Origin: Trichoplax sp. H2
Lineage: Eukaryota
Direction: 5' to 3'
Assembly: GCA_003344405.1 (NCBI GenBank)
Contig: NOWV01000020.1
Location: forward strand, 62,001-126,000
DNA length: 64,000 nt
Below, one piece after another: positions 47,001 through 60,331 of this stretch. Made by a program: the position numbers and the translations under genes. Under the pieces are notes generated by a model. The model was not told the DNA's origin and made no database searches. It worked only from the letters and a program-made list of their open reading frames with translations. Every line of letters begins with the position of its first letter. The stretch's first letter is position 1.

Positions 47001-50000
47001 AGTCTGGAAAGAAGATTTTCCTTCATACAAGATTTCCAACAAATCCCTTGATATCATCGTTCTTACGACTAAATTACGATTATAATCCTAAATCTCCCAA
47101 TTTTCAGAGTTGTCACCGTATTTCTATAGTACATCCAAAAATGTTTTCATTGCTCTGTAGTTACCGACAGTGTTCTATCTGTATACGTGTAAAGCATTAC
47201 TTATCATTATCGAAAATTGAAGATACGACAATACCTTACCCGTAAAATCTAATTTCTACCATACAATAAGGATATCTTCGATCGAAATGCCTTAAAATAT
47301 ACAGTTGAATATCCGCTGATCCTACCAATAGAAAGTTTCTCGAGTTAGTTACCTATTCTTTACAGAATAATGTGGATAAATCTTCATCAGCTTGTATAAA
47401 TCTCACATCCTTTTCCACTCTGCAAAGGATCTGTAAACACGATACGGTGCTCCTATTTGTTAAGAAGAAAAATATTCTATCTCGGAGTTTCGTTCTAAAA
47501 TGATAATTATGTATCAATGGGCTGCTATAAGTGAACTTATCCTTGTTCAACTCTATCCAAAAAACCTTAGTCTAACTGTTCAACAGATGCGTTTGATAGC
47601 CATTATAATCGCGCTTGCTCTGGTATGGTAGATGATATCTGATTAACTTTACTCAATTTATACTTGAAAAAGTATTGATCAACTCTCTATTATCGTCCTA
47701 AGTGTATTTTATCACGATGTGTGTGGAGATAGTAAGGCGTGAAAACTTTATTATTTGCATAGTTGAAATTTAGTGGATACCCGTTGTAGTTTATTACTGC
47801 CAGCCTTTCAGACTTTCTGTAAAAATACTTTCAAGAATTGACTAACACCTATAGAAAATTCATGCTTAGGTTGGTTTCACAAGGTAAAACTAGAATGTCA
47901 TTTGTCCAATGATGTACATCACATTTCAATCTTTTTCACAACTGTATTTGCGTCACATAGGCAGAAATATTATGAAAAATAATAATACTGATTCCGGTAT
48001 ACTCGTACAGTGTTTAGAATCACCATTGCAGTACTAGTAACTCAATGATTTCCATATTAATGAAAAGGCAAATACAGTGCTCTATATTGACTTGAAATTT
48101 TGTGATCCTATTAGAATCAGATTGTACATTTTTAGCCAAATAATTACCTTGAAACGTCTTTAATCATGCAGTTTATTTTAATCATCGAGAGAAAATACAA
48201 TTCTGCCGACATAATTGTAAAGTCAAAGACGTTGAAAAGAGTAAAAACACTCCATATTCTCTCTCTCATTCCACAACGCCATAATTCGGTGCTATTGTAA
48301 AGTAAAAAGTACAAGTACATATGGTAGGCAAAGTATCACGAGTATAAATTCTATTAGTAGATCATAATTCAACAACTGGTCCACATCCTATTACTTGATG
48401 ACATTTCTGAGATTTCTACCCACTCCACAGTCGTCAAAACAATATCCTCCGACTCTCCAGTTCAGTATATTCAGCACTCTCCGAAAGATATTACGAGCTT
48501 GCCTCTAAAATATATCATACGACATATAGTCGCTCGAAACCATCCTTAAAAGTACACCAATATAGTCTACGTACTTCCGGGGAAGGATTTAGAATCGTTT
48601 GTCAGAAAATTTGATAGCACGATTGGGACATTGCAATTAATCGTTATAAGGGAGTGGAGGGTCTTTCAACTATTACATCAATAACTTTATTTAGTCCTGT
48701 CTTCAGTAAATTTAAATAAACATCACATTCAATCAGTGAAGGAGGAGTTTATTTCAACAGGGAAGGAGATACCATAGGGTGTAGCTCATCATTTCGCTGT
48801 CATAATTAGCCGACAATATTCTACGCTACCTTCGTCGTCTTATTAATCGAAAGTATAATACTCGTATATTACTCTATCCAAATATCCACTAATATTGCCA
48901 GTTGTGGTATTTATTATTGAAGTAAAATGGTTGCCATGCGTACAATATTACAGTAAAAAAGACAAGCGTTCTACATCTAATGATGGCTATAGCGTGCGTG
49001 TCTTGCCATCTTGTTGACTATTCCAATTTTGACTTTTATCAATCATTTTAAACTCTGGCCACATTGACTAATTCTGATATTGACTGCGACCGCGGTAGTC
49101 TATGGTCTTTCGCCTCCTTGCCTAAATTCTTGAATGTGTTGATTTTTTATTCTGTTGTTATGCATTTTTGTCCTTCCATTGATCATATTTTTAGCATACA
49201 AATATGCCTTCTTTTCAGTCACAGTCCACCCACGTTCACTTATTTATTCTTACATTTTCTTCATTAAATTTATATCTCAATTTGCTACCCGTACAGTATA
49301 ACGATGGTCTTTGTTTTGAATGAATTTTTGACGATGCTAACTTCAATTGTCTGGCAAGATAATTAATGAAATCCAACCTTGTCAATTGTTAGTGAAAATT
49401 AACAACAGATGGTTTTATTACAAGCACTCTTTTCCAATCTGTTACCATAACTTGAAATACTTCAACTCGATATGGTACTATTTGATCATCGGCACAAGTT
49501 GCAGTACCCAATCCTGGCTTAGGTACTTTGGTATAAACCAAACTTGCCTGCAAATTGCTATTACAACGTTGTCCAATTTGCCGAGTTTGAGACTTCTCGA
49601 GTATCATTTTACATCGTTCAATTCAGCTTTGAAAGTTTAGCTCATCATTGTGACCCAAGATGTACATTAAGGCATTACCATGATTGACTGACTACCTTGC
49701 TATTCCACCACCTACGAAGATTTATAGCTTAATACTGCTGTATAGATAAGCAGAGGTGCCAGCCCGAGATAGTTGCAAACGTTTATCTGTGAATCAAGCC
49801 CTCAATACACGATATAACATGTATTGTAAAATTATGCTATTAAAATGGCATCGAGATGATTTACAGTTATGCTACACTCAGTCCTCCCTAATAATTATAA
49901 TTATTTCAAAGTTAATCAATCACATACAGTACTAGATGATAATCGTCGTCTGATGGAGCAGTCTTACATTATTGAAGACACTAAATTTAGATAGTAGCAC

Positions 50001-51617
50001 TTTCTTGATTTGAACAAAAAATCCGAAGCTTCAAGTATGATCATACCATAAATAGGTGCAGCAAACTTCTATATTATACTTGTATTACTATTACGAAGTA
50101 TAAGAAAAAATATCATCTAATCTCATGAATTATACGGACAATCAATTTTTCAAATTGTTTACGCTGATAAAAATTTAAAATTGTGTCTAGTCTCATACGT
50201 TTACCTTCCTCTTGTGCTTCGAAATTATCGACTAGTTAAATTGATTATTTTTGGGAGATACTTTCCTTTTTCTCTTTTGAAAAAATAGAGTATAAATGCT
50301 ACAGTTATTAAACGGAAAAGAAACTGCTATAATTAACACACAACTGGCTTAGCAATCTTTATTCTATGGAGTTCAGTATAGTCCCATTTATTGATTGAAC
50401 AAGGAAGCCGATGTATACGATTACTTAATTGACAGTGAATCACCAATTATCAAGACTTTTTAACGAAGAAAATGATTCATTATCCTATACAGTACTAGCG
50501 GCTATTGATTTTTTTTATATTTTAGTGATTAAGAGCATTGAGTAATTAGCATCCGTGTATTCATTTCGTTTAGACTATAAAATTCAAGATTGCATCTACT
50601 GTACTGTATATACAGCCAACTCATATTGAAGAATGCACAGACAGAATGCAGTACTTCTTAATTATTACCATAATTGATTGTTCACAACATGTCCTAAATA
50701 TCATTAATACTATTCCAATACAATATGCACGGTGTATTTATTATGAATATATATTATGATGTCACTACCTATTTTTAAAGTATTGACGCCGAAACACTGG
50801 ATTCGTAGACAAATTTTTATAATTAAAAATCCTTCATGATTCATGATGTAATACAATTTAAAATGTGTTTTATCTTCTGCCAAGATTAAATCTACCTGGA
50901 TTACACATACAAATTGTATAGTCACATACTGTGTGATACACGATAGTTGTACTGAGAATAGATAAACATTCTTTTTCTTCGACATTCCTTGCAGTATTGG
51001 CATTTATCAAACAAAATCTGTACACTAGGTTGCTTACTGTAGCCGAAAGATATTGCATCGTATCAAAGTTTAGCCTATTTTTCAATTATTCAACGTAAGA
51101 AGTTATTTGAACTCTAGCCTACTTATGAATTACCTAACAAAAGAAATCTTTTTTCCCCCTCCTCGTCAATAACTACAACTTTCAGTAACTTGCTATGAAT
51201 GTTCAAGATTATATTGTTTCGCTTTATTTTATTTTTTATAAACTTTTTGACTGTCAAATAACTCCATTTATAAATTACTATTGAATTGTTTGATTCATTT
51301 CTATGCCGCCTTTCGTTAAGAACTTATCTTCAATATATCATAGCCGTTAAGTAATATCATCAAAAATCTAGTACTATCTAGTACTAATGCAGTACTTGTT
51401 TTTTTAATTAATTTCAATTGTTTTGGGACATTTATTATGACCAAAAAAAGGCATTTACCAAGATATGATTTATGCTTGCTCCCTATATCTTATTATCGTA
51501 ATATATGTGTAGAATGATAGTTTATTGATTTGTAAAGAAACTATACTGTAATTTTGATTAGTTTGTTTTATTGATTTCACTCTATTTTCTAACCACAGTA
51601 AATAAAACTGTAACAAA

Positions 51618-53603
51618 ATGGATACGGATACTGACATGAGAAGAGAATTAGAAGGTATGCAAGAAAAAGCCAACAGAGTTACTGATGAAGTACGTATTAT
51701 TAACTACCAAATAATATCAATAAAGCATAATAATACCTAGCAATTTAAAGCATTCATTAATTTTTTTTTGATCCTAATTTATCTTTCAAATATGTTAAGA
51801 TTTACATATATAACGTATAGTCGTATACCAATTCTCGTCTATTCTTTCTGGCAAAAATTTTTTAATTTTTCTTATTTAAAATCTGTGTTCACTATCTTTA
51901 CTTATTCTTATTATTATTTTCTCTTCAAAAACTTATGTATATTAGTCTTTAGAAAGTACGAGAAGAATGGTAGCCTTAACGGAAGAGGTAATTTATTGTT
52001 AATTTTGGCTTTAGTGCACTTTACTGTTCTATAATAGTATTGTTGCCTATAGCAATATACCTTTGAAGTAGCCCTGTACCTACGTTTTGATAATTTATGT
52101 CACGAAAAGAATGTAGCCATAAGTATTTAACATGCCTGTATTTAACATAAATTTAGACGCAAGAAGTTGGAATGAGAACATTAGTTATGCTGGACGAGCA
52201 AGGAGGTTAGCTTACTAGAATGGCTATCAATATCGATAGTTTCTACTTCAACAATTTTTTATTGACTACATGTACTCAATCAAAACTAGACCGTTATTAA
52301 TTTTATTTTGTCCTAGTAGTAAATAATGTTACACATAGGAGCACTTGTCGTTGTAATTATAATTTAAAATTGAGTAAAAATTGATTTTCCAATTGATAAA
52401 TAAAACATTACTATTTGCAATAGACTGTATTGTTCATCTTAGTTTTAGAAGAGGTTACAATTTTCATAGGCCAATAATTGCTGATTCGTAAACAATATGT
52501 GTTGATACAAACGTAGCAGTAACTAATGATTTACCTTGCTCAAATAGAACAACTTGATCGTATTGAAGAAGGCATGGAGCAAATTAATGCTGATATGCGC
52601 GAAGCCGAAAAGAACCTGACTGGCTTGGAAAAGTGTTGTGGTTTATGCGTTTGTCCATGGAAAAAGTATATACAATTAAATTTATTAATCTAATTTAGAT
52701 ATTATATACAGCTATGACCACAAGAGTAGTATAATAATAGCTTCTAGAGTTAAAGTCGTGGTTTTATACGATAATTAATCATAAGAACCGATTTTTCATA
52801 TGTTAGGGCAAGAAATTTTGAAAAAAATAAAACCTACAAGGATACTTGGGGAGAACGAGAAGACGGTCCAATTCAAAACCAACCAGGTTAGAGCCTATAG
52901 GAATTGTACTGGCCTCAGCGGTACCTTTATTCTACTACATTGACTATCTACTTACATTTATTTCAACTATAGCCCCAATCTTTACCAACACCGGCACATC
53001 CCAAGATCGTGGCTATATTAATAAGTAGCTATTTTCAAATTTTTAGATGGATTTCTGTCCTTTTTCCCTGATATACGTTGTACAGCATAACTTTAAGTAC
53101 TAACGGAACATTACTTCAATAGAATTACCAACGACGCTAGAGAAGATGAAATGGACGAAAATCTCAGGTATTTCCTAGAATTTCTCACTCTGCTGTGATA
53201 TTTTAGCCGTAATATAGCTCATACAAATAATTGAACAATAATATGTTATGCAGCTTCTACGAGACAGAGATTTTTAACCTTGCCTCACTATCAGATATCT
53301 TAAATTCAACGCAATTTTCGTTATAATTATTTCTTGCCAATTGCATCAGCCAAGTTGCTGGCATGATAGGTAACCTAAAGTCGATGGCACAAGATATGGG
53401 TAACGAATTAGATACCCAAAATAAGCAAATCGGTCGCATTGAAAATAAGGTAAGAATACTTTTTTTCTTTCGATTTGGTATCATGAATTAGCTAGGATAC
53501 TAGACGCTTACGCTTATCATTCTTGTTACGTTAGGCTACAATGAACAGTTCGCGTATCGATGAAGCTAACGTGAGAGCAACAAATATCTTACGCAACCAG
53601 TAG
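51618..53603 (+). CDS. SNAP25: SNAP-25/SNAP-23 family Qbc-SNARE, paralog 1 (conserved copy), 208 aa, 9 coding exons
   Basis: Exons: 51618-51689, 51946-51987, 52157-52205, 52548-52665, 52807-52886, 52973-53024, 53123-53167, 53350-53449, 53535-53603; all GT-AG. Protein [92 protein letters not shown]. Confidence 0.96.
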
Positions 53604-56600
53604 TTGCTATCAATCATCTTTCATAGTAGAAACATTTCAAATTTCAAATAGTATGGTAAAATTGATAAGTAGCTTCAGTTGAAACTGCTAGAAATAGCAA
53701 CAAATTCTATAATGGGTACATCATTCTTCGTGTCATATTACCGGATATTTAGTAGGTTGATTACCATAAGCATAAGCAAATAGAAAATTTTAAAGTACTG
53801 TTATTATCAATACGATCATGTGAAATATAGACGTTTTCATTACTATACACGGTAATATAGTTAATTTAATATCAGTTAGAAAAATACGTATGGTGCATAA
53901 ATTAGAATGTGACATGGTATTAACGCACTGTATATCCTTGCATTGGGTTTGCTACGGTTGAGCACTGCTAAAGATTTATCGAATTGAAGTTTTATGAGAT
54001 TACTCTTGTTTTTCATTCTTTATTTCAAGTAGATGTTTCTTTAAGATTGTTTGTTGCAGATGTAGTAATGTATTCTACCGTACGTCGTAGCTAGTAGTAA
54101 GATTAGTCTATAGAATTGCCATGGATTCATGACAGTATGATTAGATTTTATATATAAGAGACTGATTTTTTAATAGAACTTTCCCAAAATATACTGGCTT
54201 TTCTAAATACAAGCTTGTAATGTAGAGACCATTCGCATTTTGAATGTAACGAACGATCTTTCTGTTCAGCTCAATTTCATTCTCTATCGTCGTTTATACT
54301 AACGGCTGAAATCGACTAACACAGAACATCTAATGGCTTTGCTTGTTAATCCTTGCGGTTATGCATAAGTCTAACTGATGCTTTCTTAGTAAATGCAACT
54401 GCAAGACGATTTCATAGACGAGCAAATTATATTGGGAATATGTGATGCATTGATTAACGTTTGTAAAATTTCTTGAAATAGCATGTAATAAAAGGATTCT
54501 ATATATTATTCCACCATGGACGTTACAAGTGTAACACACTATATATTATATGGGACGTTCATAGCCGACCTAATTCAATTCAGGGATGCAAAATTTTAGT
54601 TAAAAGGCTGTATAATAACTATTTATAAATACGCAATACATTCTCTGCAAATTTTAGATGAGCGCAATATTTACATTTTAAGTTCGAATATTGCATTCTT
54701 TTGTAAACTATATTATCAGATATTGCTTCAAAGCAACAATAGTCAGCCCTACCAATGTATGAAACCTTCCTACTCCAGATGCCTTGCTATATCACAGTAC
54801 ACTGCATAGAAGAATGAAATTCATTTACACTACCGTAACTCTACAGCAAATACCATCAAACTGCTTATCAAATAGTCATTACTTACTAAAACTACGCAGA
54901 AAGAATTTTTAGTGAAACTGAGGCGCGTTTAATGCAAATGATTCATAACTTTCCGATAGTTTATTAAATTTATTTGCTGTTGTGTTGTGAAATTATTAAA
55001 GTCAGCGATTACTCAGTCTTTCAAAGAGGAGAAATTATATTATATCTAATCTTAGCTAATCTTTTATTGAGTCATCACGGACATGGTTTAATTTAGCGAG
55101 TAAATCCTGACAGAGTGCTGCCTTCGCTGTACATTACTACTGTATTTGGCTGACTCATTAATATTTTTAGCTAGCAAATCAAGAAATGGTTTAAAAATTA
55201 AAGGTATTCTAGAATTTGATAAAACTATGTCCCTGACTGTATATAATTTGGTCGTCCCAATACCGGTTATACGAGTATAAATCAGCCTCGAAACATTCTG
55301 TTTATTATTTATCGATATTACTTCTCCTCCTGGTCGTACATGTGATGAATTTACTCAACCTCGTAGAGATAAAATTACAAAATAGATGCCAATTAAACAA
55401 CATGAAGAAGTATTAGGTCGCACCGCCCATCTTGATGCCTTCGTTATGGGTACTTGTGATAGCTATGATCCTCATAGCGATTCCATTTTACAACTCTCTA
55501 TCTCGGTAAATTTTAAGCTAATACCATGTAAAGAATTATAGTATCCAATATCTTATCTCATTTTCGAGCAATATAGGTCTTTCACATTATCAAGATATCG
55601 ATGCTACCACAAAATCACCATAAAATGCCAATCATAGTCATTCAAAAGCGGTGCTCGATCAAGATCCGTGATAGCTGTTCAGTGCTATTTTTAATATTTA
55701 CTTTTAATTTTTGCTATTAGAATTTTGCGGTAAGAAATTTTAATCGTTCATAATAAATTATGCTTACTCAATTTGAACATCCTAATTCTCTACAGTAGGT
55801 CATCATAACTATTTTATTTGCATAATTATAATGTGCCGTTTCTATATTTTGGTATCAGCACCAATAAATGTCTCAACTCAGTAGGAGTTCATGCCTAATC
55901 ATCTATTTCGATCAAAGATATCAAGGTTAAAGCTCGAAAGTCCAAGGGTCAGTTAGCAAACAAAATTCAAAACAGAATTTTTCCTCATTATCTCACATAA
56001 AATCGATTGGCTGTGAATAATATTTTATTAGTAAGCCCCAAAGTTATGAAACTCTTGACCAAATACAGAATTACTATTAACAACGACCATTTTGACCCAT
56101 CTGATCGAATTTGATTCTTATTACGACGATATAGATACTTAAAGAATTCAGCATATCTTTTCAGAATGGATAAAAAAAATCTCTCGCATAAATTAAAACC
56201 AATTAACTAAACTATCGAAAAAATTGCACTAACTGCAACTAATTATACAAGTCTATTTTGCTTGTTATTAAATGATACAGCGAGGCTCAAATTAACATGA
56301 ACACTATTTACTCTTTAGATAAAATTGTTTTACATGCTTAACTACTATCAGGATTGACAATTGTATTATTGCCGAAATATGAATAATCTATGATGAATTG
56401 TTAGCAAATATGCATGGTGGAATGATAGCAGATTTTAGAACCAGTTTATCGTTGGCATCTCAAATTAAAATTCCTTAATTTAGTTTTCTGTCATTATAAC
56501 CTAAAAATAAAACGAAGTCCCAAGCCTAATACAGGACATTTATAATATAAGGTAAATAAATAAGAATTTCTCAATAAAAATAATAATTTCATGGAGCAAT

Positions 56601-57381
56601 CTGTAACAAAAATCGATTCAGGCTGGCATAACATACAATACAATCTATCCTTCAACCTACTTTACTCGTAATTTCCCTGAGATACACCTTGCATTCTCTA
56701 AGCACAGGTAATGGCAACAATGGAAACAGATTACTTATAATAAATACTATAAAATCACTCTATAATATGTGTTTATCACTATAGAATAAACCTGAACTTT
56801 TTAGTATAAATGTTAATATCATAAGTTTGCTAATTTAAATTTGAAATACTAGTAATGTAAATATAAACGAATTTTTATAATAATATCAGCAGAGCACACC
56901 ATGTTACCGATGCATCCATCATCAATTTGTAAAAGATGCTATATCTGTAATCTATGATCCTACCATTTTATACGGTACGGTATATTCCTCTTATTGATAA
57001 GTACTAGCCCTTCAAACTGCGTAGATCTTTACAGAATCTTTATTACGCTACGGTACCTTCTAAATTCATAAATAGCAAATATCCAGATCTTAATTGCCAA
57101 CTAAGGTATTTAAAAGTTCAACTTTAGTGTTGTATATGATATCCAGACATTAATTTACTATTGATAATTTCAATTTCATATCATAATTGCGGAACTACCC
57201 GATACTACTGTACTGACAACTAATTCCACTTCATAGTTTAAACAGCAACTTACCGCCATATTGTTATAAATTGCAATCATATTTTAAACATTAGTACTGC
57301 AGTCTAAATGCTGCGAAATTTTTCCAAGACATTTTTAGTCACATCGTGCTATCAATTATAGCGCTTAAGAAATTCTCAGCC

Positions 57382-60331
57382 ATGAATATCGACGACACTA
57401 CAATATCGGAAGCGGAGATGAAACGGCAATTGGAAGATATGAAAGAAAGGGGCAATAAAATAACGAATGAGGTCAGTAATACTTCATGTTGATATAAATT
57501 GAAAAGTTATTTGTTAATATCGACCCGTTCGACTATAATCTCGTTACTTTAATATATAGTTGTTAGCCAAATGAACGATAGACCTGTCCAGACTCGTAGA
57601 TGATGTAATCAAGAGAAGTAAATTAGTATAATGCACATTAGTTCATAAACTAGTGATAGGCTTTATACTAATGATAGTAATGTTAATTACTTGTAATCTT
57701 TAAAACTATTGTGTTTATTTTAAAAATTTCGCTTTGTAGTCTCTAGATAGTACCAGGCGTATATTGGTGATAGCAGAGGAGGTATGGTGACACTGAATGC
57801 GGTAGATACTAAAATAATCCAGCGAAATGATACTCTCTTGCACACCATTTGGGTATCGTTAATATATATTGTCATATATATCTTATAACGCAATCTGCCT
57901 GTAGTTCGATGGCGATGACAACGTTTATTTCTCATTAGTAAATGTTGAATATGATTATAAATGAGTTCCAGTCCATTTTCATAACTCTATAACAATCTAA
58001 TCTTCGGTTCATCTTGATAGACACATGGAATTGGTACAAAAACCTTGGAGACGCTGAATACGCAAGGGGGTTAGGGCTACTGTAATAGATAAATCTACCG
58101 TATAGCAATACCATGAAGGATTAAACAGTTAAATTTAAATATATTTTTATGCTAAATCTGACACATATCTTCGAAGAAGCAAATTTAGCTATAGCTATAG
58201 CCTCAGTACAAAATAATACAAACATACCAGGTATCGGATAGGCAAATTAAAAGATATCATTAAGCTAAATCTAACATACTGGTATGTCTTTGAGGAAACA
58301 AATTTAACTATAGAGCCAGTACAGAATACTACGAATATGTCATCTATCGGATAAGCAAATTAAAAGATATCATTATGCTAAATCTAACATATATGTATCT
58401 TCGAGGAAGCAATTTTAGCTATAGCTCCAGTATAGAATAATACGGATATGCCACCTATCGGGTAGGCAAGTTAAAAAGATATCTTTAAGCTAAAAATCTT
58501 ACATGTATCTTCGAGGAAGCAGTTTTAGTATTAGTACAGAAGAATACGAATATATCATCTGTTGAATAGGCAGCTCGTATTTAGGATGTTACAGCATAAC
58601 AGTAACTTGGAGGAGTTAAAATACCCCAAACACCTAAGAGAACTTGCAGTCGGTTGTTAATTTTTTACCAATATCTTTATGAATGAGTCTTAGCGACAGT
58701 AGGGCAGCACCTGATTAATACTAATTTTACTATAATTCTCTTATACTATCACAATAACCAGATAAATTATGGAATATCATTCAGTATTCTGTATATAATA
58801 TTTATTCCACTAATAATGTCTCTGCATTGTTAAAACATCGTTAACTACACAAATACTTATCTTACTAATATATAGAGCAAATTGATCGGATCGAGCAGAA
58901 CATGGAGCAGATCAATGCCGATATGCATGAAGCCGAGAAAAATTTAACAAATTTAGAAAAGTGTTGTGGATTATGTGTTTGTCCATGGAAAAGGTACATG
59001 TCTACATGGTATTTCAACATTTTTTATCCCATATGATACAATTTTCAAAAGCAGTTAGCTTAATAATTAACTATTGTACATGTCTATTTCTAATATCTGC
59101 TATAATGTAATATTATAGCATATGCTTCGCTTGAAAATTACTGTATTTTCTTAAAAGGATTACGGCTTAAATATTAAGCAAAGAACTGTGGTAGGGATTT
59201 TGTTAGTTGTAATGAATATTCATTATATCAAATTGAGCATTCCATAATATTTAGGACCGAAAATTTTGAAAAAAGCAAAGATTTTAAGAGAGTTTGGGGA
59301 CCACAAAATGATGAAGTTATAAATTATCAACCAGGTTAGGTCATATACTCAATTTAAATATACATTCGAAAAGCTTTATTTTGACAATTCATTCCTTACC
59401 ATGGGACATCAATTCTAATTAAGAAATCTGTACGTAATTCCGATATCATACTCTACTAACAAGCCGAATATTATCTGCGAATCTCAACACAGTTTTACAA
59501 TCTACTCTGACTTATCGTAACACCTCGCCTAACAAGTTTATGTTACAAAATGGTAATTATATTCAGAGGTAACTACGGTATTTAGTTGAAAACTTTATCA
59601 GAGACTTTGGAAGTACTTCTGCAATACTAATCCAAATTCTTCTTTGCCAGTAATAATTTCCCATGATTAAAAATATCTACATTTACATCCACTTTGAATA
59701 GAGTTACGAACGATATACGTGAAGACGAAATGGATAGCAATCTCAGGTAAAAATAAAAAATCCGTAAATAGGTTGCGTTTGTATTTCGTTGATTGCTGAT
59801 GTACTTCATTGTACTCTCGTAAATTTGTATTGACTTACAAGCATATTAAACCAAGTAATTAAATGGATTAAGAATTAATAAAGGGTAAGATATTAGTGCA
59901 GCATTACAACAGCTATTTCTACATTTTTGTATGATTAGACAAGTGGGTGGATTAGTAAGCGATTTAAAATCAATGGCCGTGGATATGGGTAAAGAACTAG
60001 ACAAACAAAATAAACAACTTTTCGCCATGAGTGAGAAGGTAACGATATTTAATTAGCCTAGAAATGATGCGAGTACTTTAACATTAACTATAGTATACCT
60101 ATGCAGTAACATTACCTGCTATACTGTTTCATTAAGTAAGTATCAGAAGGATTTATAATCTATTTTATAATAACGATGCCAAAATGATATTCCCTAAAAT
60201 TGAAAAGCATAATGTGCTAAAAACTCATCCACTCAGCATGAATACTTTTATTACTGTCATAGGTGGACATGACTAGTGATCGAGTTGACGGTGCGAATGT
60301 AAGGGCAAAACGAATCTTACGTAATCAATAA
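57382..60331 (+). CDS. SNAP25: SNAP-25/SNAP-23 family Qbc-SNARE, paralog 2 (divergent tandem copy), 222 aa, 9 coding exons
   Basis: Exons: 57382-57471, 57740-57781, 58021-58069, 58876-58993, 59255-59334, 59493-59568, 59702-59746, 59939-60038, 60263-60331. Same intron phases as paralog 1 and an open frame; CCGLCVCPW and both zero-layer Gln retained. The exon 6 acceptor is the least certain boundary. Confidence 0.93.
58141..58572. repeat. Tandem repeat, about 112 bp x 4, in intron 3 of SNAP-25 paralog 2
   Basis: Four units sharing gctaaatct.aca, tatcttcga.gaagcaa.tttagcta, cagtaca.aataatac and tatcggataggcaaattaaaagatat. Confidence 0.9.

Noticed and set aside
55435..55505. Signal-peptide-like MPSLWVLVIAMILIAIPFYNSLS followed by a GT donor, between the SNAP-25 copies
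   Set aside because: No convincing downstream exon or peptide repeats; hydrophobic short ORFs are common in AT-rich DNA.
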